Source of the DNA: Octopus sinensis | Lineage: Eukaryota | Assembly (NCBI RefSeq): GCF_006345805.1 | Contig: NC_042997.1 | Span: 173,724,001 to 173,788,000, forward strand | Direction: 5' to 3' | DNA length: 64,000 bases | Part shown: one piece after another, positions 52,634-64,000 of the stretch | How the letters are laid out: every line of letters begins with the position of its first letter | Position numbering within the stretch: position 1 is the first letter of the stretch | Position numbers and translations under genes: made by a program | The notes under the pieces: generated by a model | What the model saw: the letters and a program-made list of their open reading frames with translations, nothing else | Told to the model about the DNA's origin: nothing | Database searches by the model: none

Positions 52634-54020
52634 TCTGGACCCCTATAACAACTTAAGTGGTCACCCAGGCACTGCAAAGACTAAGCAACTGGAAGGCACC
52701 TGGGCACGACAACATCCCCAACTTCTGGTTAAAATATCTGACTGGAACACACAAAAAGCTGTCTGAAAACTTTAACGGCATACTCGCAGAGCCAGAGACA
52801 ATGCCTGAATGGTCGACGAAATGGGAAACTATCCTAATTCCCAAATCCACTGAAACGGCAAAACCACAAAACCACAGACCAATAACCTGTCTCCCTACAA
52901 TTTACAAAGCCTTTACTGCAATAATATCGCAGAGATTGAGCAAGCACCTGGAAGAAAACAGCCTATTTCCAGAAGAGCAAAAGGGATGCTGCAAGGGCTC
53001 ATACGGCTGTAAAGATCAACTAATGATCAATAAAGCTATAACTGAAAACAGCCGCAGAAAGAAGAAAGGCCTCAGTATGGCCTGGATCGACTACCGAAAG
53101 GCTTTTGATAGTATTCCTCACACTTGGATCCTCGAAACATTATCCATGAACAAAGTAGCACCAATAATTATAAAATACATAAGACACTCTATGAATAGAT
53201 GGCAGACAGTGCTACATCTCCAAATAAAAGGACTCATGAAAACCAAAGCCATCCCCATTAGAAGAGGAATATTCCAGGGAGACACTCTCTCCACTCCTTT
53301 TCTGCTTGGCACTGAGACCTTTATCTGACATGCGAAATAGAACTGGATATGGATACAAATGTTACGGCAAAACAATCAGCCACCTCTTATATATGGATGA
53401 CCTAAAACTACACGCTACAAATGATAAACAGCTGGAAGCACTACTACAGACAGTACATGGATTTACCAAAGAAATAAATATGAAATTTGGCTTAGAAAAA
53501 TGTGCTAAAGCAACCTTGAAAAGAGGAAAACTAGTTAAGAGTAGCAACATCACACTAGATAAAGCCAATGAAATAAGAGAATTAGACCAAAGCCAGACAT
53601 ACAAATATTTAGGAATCAATGAACTAGATACGATACAACACACACAAATGAAAGAGAAAATAAAGAAAGAATACTATAGACGAGTTCGATCAGTACTGAG
53701 AACAGAGCTCAATACGAAAAACAAGATAATAGGCATCAGCACACTAGCCGTCCCAGTTATAATTTACAACTACAATATCCTCAACTGGACACTAAATGAA
53801 CTAACCAAAATAGACAGGAAAACAAGAAAAATAATGACAGGATCTAGGATGTACCACCCAAAATCTGTCATAAGATGGCTATATATACAACGTATAGAAG
53901 GTGGTAGGGGCCTCATACAGCTGGATAACTATTATAAAATAACCACCATAGGACTGCAAAAATACCTACTTCAGAAGCAAGGAAAACTACTACAAGTAGC
54001 CACAAAACACGGGCAAAACG
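52634..54020 (+). pseudogene. R4/Dong-clade reverse transcriptase fragment (one frameshift near 53290; 5' and 3' truncated)
   Basis: NWKAPGHD, RPITCLPTIYK, EEQKGC..GSYGCKDQL, WIDYRKAFDSIPH, GIFQGD.LS, YMDDLK, YKYLG, GGRGL. Confidence 0.9.
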
Positions 54021-54207
54021 AAATTCTGGGTGGGATTGGACTAGTTACTTACATCGGCCCCAGCGTGTAATGGTACTTATTTTATCGATCTCGAAAGGAT
54101 GAAGAGCAAAGTCGACCTCAGCGGAATTTCAACTCAGAACATAAAGGGAGCCAAAATGGCGCTAAGCATTTTGTCCGGCGTGCTAACAATTTTGCCAGCT
54201 CGCCGCC
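54021..54207 (-). mobile_element. SINE family A copy abutting the broken 3' end of the RT
   Basis: Family A motifs. Confidence 0.75.
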
Positions 54208-54844
54208 TTAATGATGACAATGATAATGAAGAAGGGTACGGAGGGGGTGTGAGTGGAGGAGGATGGGATGATGATGATGATGAGGAGGAGCAGGAGAAGG
54301 AGGAGGAGAAGGAGAAGGAGAAGGAGGAGGAGAAGGAGAAGGAGGAGGAGGAGAAGGAGGAAGTGGAGGAGGTGGACCAAGCTATATTCTAATTACTATA
54401 TCCTTTTTCTGCACATATTTGTTTTCTTTCTCCACTTATGGAGTTGACTAGTTTAGACGGAACATTTAATACTATTAATATTCTCAGTCTTGAAAGACCT
54501 GTGAAGTTCAATTACTTACAGTTCTTTCTTCCAAATCAAAACAATAAAAAATAACATACGAGACAAAACTGGAGTCTCTGTCCTGTCTCTTGTCTTTTTA
54601 AAACATTATTTTTCAAACCACACTGTACCATCTTACATGTTCTGCTCAATCAGGGCTGAACTAAAACCAAAAACAGGAGAAAAGTACAAACAACATACGT
54701 TTGTAATCCAATTGCAGTTATATTATATACTTTTAATAACAAAATCCCTACATCCAATCGTATCTGCAATAAATATATACTGAACAATTAGCGTTTGACA
54801 CTGAAAATTCTGTCATTCTTTTCATTCATTTCTTATACATTCAG

Positions 54845-54865
54845 AACTCTTCTCTCAATTACCAG
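54845..54865 (+). other. Candidate 21-nt microexon (NSSLNYQ in phase 0)
   Basis: Pyrimidine-rich TTTTCATTCATTTCTTATACATTCAG acceptor and consensus CAG|GTGAGT donor, in unique sequence. Confidence 0.4.
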
Positions 54866-54910
54866 GTGAGTACAATATATTTGTTTCCGATATATTGGTA
54901 TAGCTGGAGT

Positions 54911-55293
54911 GTGGAAGCGCAATGGCCCAGTGGTTAGGGCAGCGGACTCGCGGTCGTAGGATCACGGTTTCGATTCCCAGACCGGGCGTTGTGAGTGTTT
55001 ATTGAGCGAAAACACCTAAAGCTCCACGAGGCTCCGGCAGGGATGGTGGTGATCCCTGCTGTACTCTTTCACCACAACTTTCTCTCACTCTTACTTCCTG
55101 TTTCTGTTGTACCTGTAATTCAAAGAGCCATCCTTGTCACTCTCTGTGTCACGCTGAATATCCCCGAGAATTACGTTAAAGGTACACGTGTCTGTGGAGT
55201 GCTCAGCCACTTACACGTTAATATCACGCGCAGGCTGTTCCGTTGATCGGATCAACCGGAACCCTCGTCGTCGTAACCGACGGAGTACTTCCC
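54911..55293 (+). mobile_element. SINE family D, full length (tRNA-Arg-like head)
   Basis: TGGCCCAGTGGTTAG A-box, GGTTTCGATTCC B-box, 11-bp TSD ATAGCTGGAGT (54900-54910 and 55294-55304). Confidence 0.85.
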
Positions 55294-55422
55294 ATAGCTG
55301 GAGTATTGATATTTACTTTTGCTTTTGATACATTTTTCGATCTATTTGTGAGAATTGTACTCCATAAAGTTTATTGATTTCTAATAATTTGTAAAGATAC
55401 CTACGGCTTGATTCTCCGAATT

Positions 55423-55563
55423 AATTGGTTTGGTGCATAATTATTGCGGCTTTTTTTCAACAAATTTTATTCAACAAAAACATCATTAAATGACGGTCTG
55501 ACCGCCTGCCAAGCAAATGGAAAGTAGTAATTGAAGTAGATGGTGAATATGCTCCGGAATAAT
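55423..55563 (+). mobile_element. Mariner deletion derivative
   Basis: TIR-like TTGGTTTGGTGCATAA and C-terminal remnant DRLPSKWKVVIEVDGEYAPE*. Confidence 0.55.
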
Positions 55564-55853
55564 CATTTAGATATTATTTTGTTACATGTTGCTATTGTTG
55601 GTAGCATAGTTGGGGCGGGGGCTGTGAAGGAGCGGTGAGAGGGCAGTGAGGAGACGGTCCACCGATGGTGTCGCTTTTATAGGAAGTACACTTTTAGATC
55701 TGTTGTATAAGCCTGTATAGGCTTGGAAACGGGGAAGTACACATACTCAAGAACTGCTTCCAGACAGCACAGGATCTAGATAGGCCTCTAGTGTACATGG
55801 AATAGAATCAGTACGTTTCTGCGCATAGGTTGAAAAAAGAAAAGAACAACCCG

Positions 55854-55899
<46 letters not shown>

Positions 55900-56609
55900 T
55901 CCCACCATCGCTCGACAACCGATGTTGGTGTGTTTATGTCCCCGTAACTTAGCGGTTCGGCAAATGATGCGGATAGAATAAGTACTAGGCTTACAAAGAA
56001 TAAGTCCTAAAGTCGATTTGTTCGACTAAAAGCGGTACTCCAGCATGGCCGCAGTCAAATGATTGAAACAAATAAAAGAATATATCACGTGATCACGTGA
56101 TCTACCAGACCATTCAGGTTGTTATACATCGCTAGTCACAATGCGTTTTCATCGTTTTAGCTTTCGGATGATGCTACCTAGCTGGCCAAGCGAGCAGGCC
56201 AACAATCTCCCTGATCGGATGGTTAGCTCGTCGCAACCTTACCCATTTACAAACGAGTGTATATATATATATATTATATGATATAAAGGAAAGGAAGTTA
56301 TTTTATATCTAAGCTTAATCACGTAATCATTGGCCTGCTCCGCCAATCAGATTGTATCCTAAACAGATGCTAATTTGAACCATGTTCTCCCCATAATAAC
56401 GGGAATTTTCGAACTTCAATCAGAAGCAAGACATTTGCAGTACAGCCCCACGTCTCTCTATCACACTTAACTTTTGAAAATCAAAAAAAATCTGTGAAAC
56501 TGGTGAAGCCTTTAAAAATAAACTATCTAAAAGACAAAAGATTCCCAGTGCATTTTCAACTTACGATATATATATATATACGTTTGTGTAATATATATAT
56601 ATTTATATT

Positions 56610-56641
<32 letters not shown>

Positions 56642-57162
56642 TGTATGTATGTATGTATGTATGTATGTATGTATGTATGTGTGTCTGTGTCTGTGTATGC
56701 GTGTGCGCGCGTATGCATATTGTAATATATCATTTGTAACAACGCTAAGTATGAATTTCTCTTTCTTGAAGCGTAGTATTGTTTCTCAAGTATTTCATTA
56801 CAAACGAGTATTGTGTAGCTGCGGGAGGTATGAGACGTGAAGTCACCTCCCGCGTCAAAACAGGTTACTTACCTGACATCATCGTGATTATTATGTAGCA
56901 TATGCAACTCATCAACTGAACTTCACTCTCACACACACACACACACCAAAGCACAGTCTGTCCAGCTGTCACTAGGTGCAATCTAGACACAGTTGGCATC
57001 ATAAGAAACACGCACACAAGCAACAAAGCTAAAGTAAAGATGAAATGAAAAATGAAAAATGGGAAACGCATATATGTGTTTATACACACATATACATTCT
57101 TATGCATACACACGCGCAAAAACCACGCACATTCGTATAGATGTGTATGTGTATATATATAT

Positions 57163-57567
57163 ACTCTTTTACTCTTTTACTTGTTTCAGTCATTTGACTG
57201 CGGCCATGCTGGAGCACCGCCTTTAGTCGAACAAATCGAACCCAGGACTTATTCTTTGTAAGCCCAGTACTTATTCTATCGGTCTCTTTTGCCGAACCGC
57301 TAAGTGACGGTGACGTAAACACACCAGCGTCGGTTGTCAAGCAATGCTAGATAGACAAACTCAGACACACAAACATATACACACACACACATATATATAT
57401 ATATACGACAGGCTTCTTTCATTCTCCGTCTACCAAATCCACTCACAAGGCTTTGGTCGGCCCGTGGCTATAGCAGAAGACACTTGCCCAAGATGCCACG
57501 CAGTGGGACTGAACCGGAACCATGTGGTTGGTTAGCAAGCTACTTACCACACAGCCACTCCTGCGCC
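57163..57567 (-). mobile_element. SINE family B, young copy
   Basis: Near-consensus sequence. Confidence 0.85.
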
Positions 57568-57578
57568 TATATATATAT

Positions 57579-57627
<49 letters not shown>

Positions 57628-58304
57628 TTGTATAAAGGTAATAAACCTATAAAACGAAAAGCAAATGTGAACAATGGACAGTGTTGCCAAAGAAAACTGG
57701 ATAACACGGGTTTCTAATTTATGTGTGCTTGGTTAATTCAAAACCCAGTGGGCCCTCCATTTCTTTCACACCATCCGGCATATTATTCAGTTTTAATTTC
57801 TCAATGTTATCTTAAATATTTAAATGTGTTTATCTCAGAAGAAATGCTTTGCTCCAAATATAAGTGCTCATGTTACCTCACCATATACGAACGTACCAAT
57901 TCTATAACTTTACCAAATGAGTTTTACCAATGCAGTCCGATAATAATTTACTTGGACTGTGTTCTTATTAATCGCAAAATTTCGGACCTCTCAGTCCAAT
58001 GTACTTACACTTCCAATGAAGTGAGGTAATATTTATCCCCACTTAAACATGTATGTTCTGTTAGAACAAGCTATACTGCAGTAGATACTACGAGAGAAAC
58101 TCCCATATTGACATTTGGTGCACCAAAAGCCAATATGAGATTTTCTCTCACGGCTTCTTCTGCAATACAATTTTTTCTAACAGAATATCTATGTTTAAGA
58201 GGGGATAAATATTGTCTCTCAGTATCAATATTGCTTCTGTCGCTAAAATTTACTTCCAATAAAAGCCAAATACCATCCATTCTGTACACGTATACAAACA
58301 TGCC

Positions 58305-58790
58305 TTATTACTTAATCCTTAGCCAGTCCTTTGCCTAACCGTACACCAAGTCATCCATGGCTGTCATGTCTACATATCCCACAGACACCTGTTTTGCATC
58401 ACGTTCGGTCTTCTTGTCGTGTTCTAGATAATTTTCTAATATATTTTTGCCTTGTCAACATAGACATTCCCACAACTCGTTTGCCGCAGCAACACTCTTG
58501 TTGATATTTTTCTATTACTCATTCTCAATACATGACATAACCAGCTTAACCTTGTTCTCAGTATTACCATTAGTTCCTTCTGACATGTCTTAATGAGTAT
58601 TTATTTCCACATTGATGAATCGATCTATAATTATCAATTGTCATGCGTAGGTTTGTGTATACGTCTTTCTTGGCATGTACCCAGTCTTTTCTCATGACTT
58701 TTGTATAGTTACCAAGTTTCGCCGTTATACAGAAGAATAGACAGCCATATAGAACTAACTGTAAGCTGCAATTTTAGTCGTTATCCTGAT
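58305..58790 (-). mobile_element. Old RTE-clade LINE 3' fragment
   Basis: Minus-strand remnants ILLYNGETW*LYKSHEKRL and RLSWLCHVLRM match the RTE post-RT motifs LLYGxETW and RLRWxGHVxRM. Confidence 0.55.
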
Positions 58791-60690
58791 TTACACTTGC
58801 ACATAAAAAGCAATGGAAGCAAAATCTAATTTAATCGTGTACAATATTGTACATCAACTTTATGATTCTCTCATTATTACTTTGGCAAGTAAGTTATACG
58901 ATCAAGAATTCTATGAAGGGCAAAACTTGTTCGGAGTTCTCTCCCGTACTTATCGAAATGATTAAACTGTGACATTAGTCAGTGAGCTAATGCTTTTCTC
59001 TCAGCTCATAAATTTTTGTTTCTTAAACACAAAAAGTGTCCAGTCCTTCCTTCTATGTGCTCTGCCCAGTTCATCCGCCCTTGAACATCGATCCGGATTC
59101 CCTCATCTTATGTCTTTCCTCTAGGTGCTGACGTTTAACAGTTTAAACAGGACATTAATAGCATCAAGCTCATTTGTCTCAGAGGGCTTGCAAAAATCAT
59201 GTGTACAACTCCTTCCTGCAAACTCAGCAAATATGAAAAAAAACCAAAAAAACACAAGAACACAAAAAAAAAAACGAGAATAATGGCACTAAATTGACTG
59301 ATGTATTTCGTGCAGACGGCATCCATGAGTAATTTCTGCTAGTCATGATAATTGCTGATGTCGAGTCTTGTAATAATGACACAAAAGATAGCCAGCGGGT
59401 GACTTCAACCAGTCAGTCAGTTAAGTTGTAAGCTCACCATCGGCCTACAGCTAGATAACGAACAATCAGTCATACAGTCATTCTTCAGTAACAATTAATC
59501 CCTAAAGCAGCCAACAATGTCCTAGTTCGTGCAATGTCTTCTACATACACGTAGTTAAGCAACAATTCAAGTTTTCAACTCCTTTAACATTCCGACAACA
59601 TTGTCCTCAGTCTGACAAACCCTTAACAAAATGTGAATAACCTATGAATACCTGCATGTTTTTTGCTATCCCAGTCTTCTTTCCTATTGTCCCGGTAACT
59701 TCCGTCAATCGCAACTATACCACTCGTGTTTACTGATTATGTAACATGAATCGACCGATCCATCGATCGATCAATTGATCCAAGCATTCCATTTACCCAG
59801 TTCATTAGGTTATCTAATCCATCCATCCATCCATCCATCCATCAGCTATAATACGTATATATACATACATACATCAGCTATAATACATATATATAAGTAC
59901 ATAAATAAAATGTAGACATGCATAATGCATGGATATATATATATATATATATATACATGGATACATACATGCATCTAGATTGGTACTAACTGCATAAGAA
60001 GTACCCACTTTCTGATGAAATGAGGCCCCGGAAATGCTGGACTAGCGTTAGTCAGCAAACGACTAAAAGAGAAATACTAAGCGTTTCTGAATATGAATAC
60101 GTTTCCCCATAAACTCGAGGATGATGCGAATATGACGATGAGATGTAGACACTCTTGACGCGTGATATGCTACGCATATAAGTTTTATTTAGCCCTTGGT
60201 TGAAACTGAATCAACACTCTTAACGCGTGGTCGGTACATTACAACGTATTTGGAAAGGTAGTGCTATCGCAAACCGAGAGCAGGAGATAAATGAGAAATA
60301 CATAATACTAAAAAGAGAGTGAAGCCCTTCAACCCCTAAGATGCTGAAAATTTCGACACATATAATTAATAGCTGTCTGAAAATTTTATCATGTTACTAG
60401 TTTCCACTGAAGCCTGATCTTGCTAAAACGATACACTGCGCCATAAGTCCGAGAGACTTCAGTTGGATAGATATAGACAATGCTCGTTATTGGATACATA
60501 CAAAGCTATCAAACTCAGAAAATATTGGTGGATCATTCCCATCAAATGTTCCTCCAAGGGCAAACGTAACCAGATTAATACAGATGTTTAGAGTAGAAAG
60601 TAAAATACAAAAAGCAAAAAGAAAGTTATAGGGATCAGCTGCTCTGGAATTGTGACAATTTCTTTGAAAATCAGAGAGAATAATATTTAT

Positions 60691-61105
60691 TACTCTTTTA
60701 CTCTTTTACTTTTTTCAGTCATGTCACTGTGACCATGCTGGAGCACCGCCTTTAGTCGAGCAAATCGACCCCAGGACTTATTCTTCGTGAGCCTAGTACT
60801 TATTCTATCGGTCTCTTTTGCCGAACCGCTAAGTTATGGGGACGTAAACACACCAACATTGGTTGTCAAGCGATGTTTGGGGGAGACAAACACAGACACA
60901 CAAACATATACACACATACATACATATATACATACATATATACGACGGGCTTCTTTCAGTTTCCGTCTACCAAATCCACTCACACGGCTTTGGTCGACCC
61001 GAGGCTATAGTAGAAGACACTTGCTCAAGGTGCCACGCAGTGGGACTGAACCCGGAACCATGTGGTTCGTAAGCAAGCTACTTACCACAAAACCACTCCT
61101 ACGCC
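60691..61105 (-). mobile_element. SINE family B copy
   Basis: Near-consensus sequence. Confidence 0.85.
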
Positions 61106-61496
61106 TATGGACAACTTTTTCGAAACTCGTCGATTCTTTACCCTGATTATAAATTCACATTTACACCAAGCTATCTGAATAATTGTTTAAATGTTAATCT
61201 AGAAATCGTAGAATTTTCAGGCAAAGATGAGGCCAGCTAAAATGTTCGTTGTAGATATAATCTGTCAGTACAGCAGTGTATATACGCACACTTTTTAAAA
61301 GTTCAACGTACAACACTTAACATATTTATTGTCTAAATTCCATTGATGGGGATTTGCTTATCTGATAGAAACCAGCGCCTTCCTTGTAGGAAGAATTCAT
61401 ATAGTTAAGAGAGAAATACACGCATACATACATTAGCACAAAGCGTCGATACATACAAGCGCAAGTACGTTCACAAATATATTCTCAAATACATAT

Positions 61497-61885
61497 TCTT
61501 TTACTCTTTACTCTTTTACTTGTTTCAGTCATTTGACTGCGGCCATGCTGGAGCACCGCTTTTAGTCGAGCAAATAGACCCCGGGACTTATTCTTTGTAA
61601 GCCCAGTACTTATTCTATCGGTCACTTTTGCCGAATCGCTAAGTTACGGGGACGTAAACACACCAGCATCGGTTGTCAAGCAATGCTAGGGGGACAAACA
61701 CAGACACACAAACACACACGCACATACATATATATATATACATATATACGTCAGGCTTCTTTCAGTTTCCGTCTACCAAATCCACTCACAAGGCATTGGT
61801 CTGCCCGGGGCTATAGCAGAAGACACTTGCCCAAGATGCCACGCAGTGGGACTGAACCCGGAACCATGTGGTTGGTTAGCAAGCT
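61497..61885 (-). mobile_element. SINE family B copy, head truncated
   Basis: Near-consensus sequence but lacking the first 25 bp or so. Confidence 0.85.
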
Positions 61886-62219
61886 GAATATATGCAGAGG
61901 AAGTTACTGCTACGCATATAAGTTTTATTTAGCCCTTGGTTAAAACTAAATGAACAGCACTGGGATCGAAGAAGATCCCAAATAAGCAACCAGTTTATAT
62001 ATTTTATTTTCGAGTATTATGCATCTAGGACTGTTTAATTCAACATTCACCTCTCTTTCTTAAGTAGGAATGTGTTAAGGGAGATTTGTTATTAATTCCA
62101 GCAAATCAGCCGACTATGTAAAGTCTTCCTCGTCGGGATGTATTGGTAGGTGTGTGTACGTGTATGTGTGCTTGTGTGTGTGTGTGTGTGTATGCGGGAG
62201 TATGTATGTGCGCGTGCAA

Positions 62220-62269
<50 letters not shown>

Positions 62270-62271
62270 AT

Positions 62272-62303
<32 letters not shown>

Positions 62304-62432
62304 CATATATTAATTAATAAGGGTGAGAGAATTAGATACTAATTTAATAGTATGTCCATCAACACCAAGTGCCCAGTGCCTCGAGAACCTGGATTATTAT
62401 ATATTTTATAATATATTATAATATTATTTTAT

Positions 62433-62725
62433 ACAAAAATAATATAAGAGAATGGTCACTATGTGGCTCATTCTAGCACTAGAAAATCCAAAGGTTTCAA
62501 CCACAAAAATACATGTTTCACATGAAAGTCAGTACGATTGTTAGTCACACGAACAGGGCAAATAAAAAATAACAAAAATACATTGTTATTTTTATTTGCC
62601 CTGTTCGTGTGAGCTAACAATCGTACTGACTTTCATGTGAAACATGTATTTTTGTGGTTGAAACCTTTTGGATTTTCTAGTGCTAGAATGAGCCACATAG
62701 TGACCATTCTCTTATATTTATTTTT
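62433..62725. repeat. Near-perfect palindrome of about 290 bp (arms of about 143 bp, 7-nt loop)
   Basis: Left arm AATATAAGAGAATGGTCACTATGTGGC...GGGCAAATAAAAAATAACAA is mirrored from 62583. Confidence 0.9.
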
Positions 62726-63071
62726 ATATATACATATATATATATATATATGTATAAATACATACATACATTCAAAGCGACGAAAAAATATGCTGACTGT
62801 CCATTTATCGAATTTTCCCTGGATTTCAATATGGATCAGTCCACCATTTTTCATCTATGCTAGCTATATCGATGCTCGCAACTTACTAACTTCCAATACC
62901 AGGAGCCTTGAATAGTACTCACCTACCTATTACTGTATGTGATATGTATATATGTAATATCTTTTATCACACACACACACACACACACACAACACACAGA
63001 TACAATGTATTTGTATGTACATATATATATATTATATATATTTGTAGTACATATATTATATTATTTGTAAC

Positions 63072-63192
<121 letters not shown>

Positions 63193-64000
63193 TGTGTGTG
63201 TGTGTATGATGATGTGATGCCGTCCATTATATATACATACAACAAAGTAACGAGAAAATATTTTGACACAAATTAAATTTAAATGTTGGAGTAAATCTAA
63301 CGGTTTTTTGTGCGTTTTTGAATGGCTTATAAACACCTTCCACGCTGCAATTGTATTTTGTTTCAGCACACGATCTCAGATCAAGTCTTGCTATGTACTT
63401 GCTATACAAGTACATCTCCGTTACTATATATGTTTTCCGTCAACCAAATCCACGCACAAAGTTTTGGCCAGCTTGGGGCTTTAGTAGAAGATATGTGTGC
63501 AAGGTACCATGCTGTGGGACTGAACTCGGGACTATGTGGTTGGAAAGCAAACCTCTTACCACACAGCCACTCCTGCGCCTGTGTATATATCATTTACACA
63601 TATACGCATGTGCTCGAGAACGTGTGAATAAACAATCGGGCTGAACGAGCATATGTATCTACATAAATGTACGTCTTAAGATAGGTAGAGGAGCTACCTA
63701 TCTTTCTACAGGCGCTGAATCACGGGAACTCTAACATTTAACTGTATTGAATGGCACAGACGCAAATGGTAAGTAGCGTACTTCTTGCCACATTTTTTCT
63801 GCCTGCCATTACCTCAGCGCCATGTAAGTGGATGTCTAACTGTAATTTTGATGATACGCCATTTTGACACTGTAGTTATCATCAAATTTTAGATCATTTT
63901 ACAATATAGTTATCAAAAGAAAACAGTAAACGACAGGTTATTCTTTCTCTCAAGTACTCTACTTTCTTATGTGTCTCCTTTCTTTTCTTCTTTCCTTATC

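Noticed and set aside
60005-60060. CTGATGA...GAAAT with a paired stem III-like segment
   Set aside because: Stem I and stem II do not pair convincingly; at best a dead relic.
60168-61951. 44-bp near-duplicate at 60168-60211 and 61908-61951
   Set aside because: Too short to interpret; probably a fragment of a dispersed repeat.

Overview
Eukaryotic, AT-rich, repeat-dominated window, most likely intronic or intergenic Octopus DNA (inferred from the recalled SINE families and the very high microsatellite load; not verified). No intact host CDS can be supported, and nearly all ORF-track entries are microsatellite artefacts. Supported content: a degenerate full-length Tc1 transposon (12.7-14.0 kb); mariner-derived MITEs; R4/Dong-clade LINE pieces inside (TAA)n arrays (5.5 kb, 51.9-54.0 kb); Tx1/L1-clade LINE pieces (3' end at 24.3-25.1 kb, 5' UTR plus ORF1 at 36.9-38.0 kb); an old RTE fragment; five non-autonomous Helitrons; four tRNA-derived SINE families; and an STPR-like repeat reading frame. 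Two systems stand out. (1) At least eight type I hammerhead-ribozyme motifs of the Penelope-associated kind. These include an ORF-less miniature element with two ribozymes 559 nt apart (retrozyme-like) and a perfect 126-bp palindrome with a ribozyme on each strand. (2) A SINE subfamily whose 3' tail matches the local Tx1/L1 LINE 3' end and which repeatedly inserts at the same GGTATTT site inside older copies of its own family. All structural calls were made by eye; coordinates may be off by a few bases.
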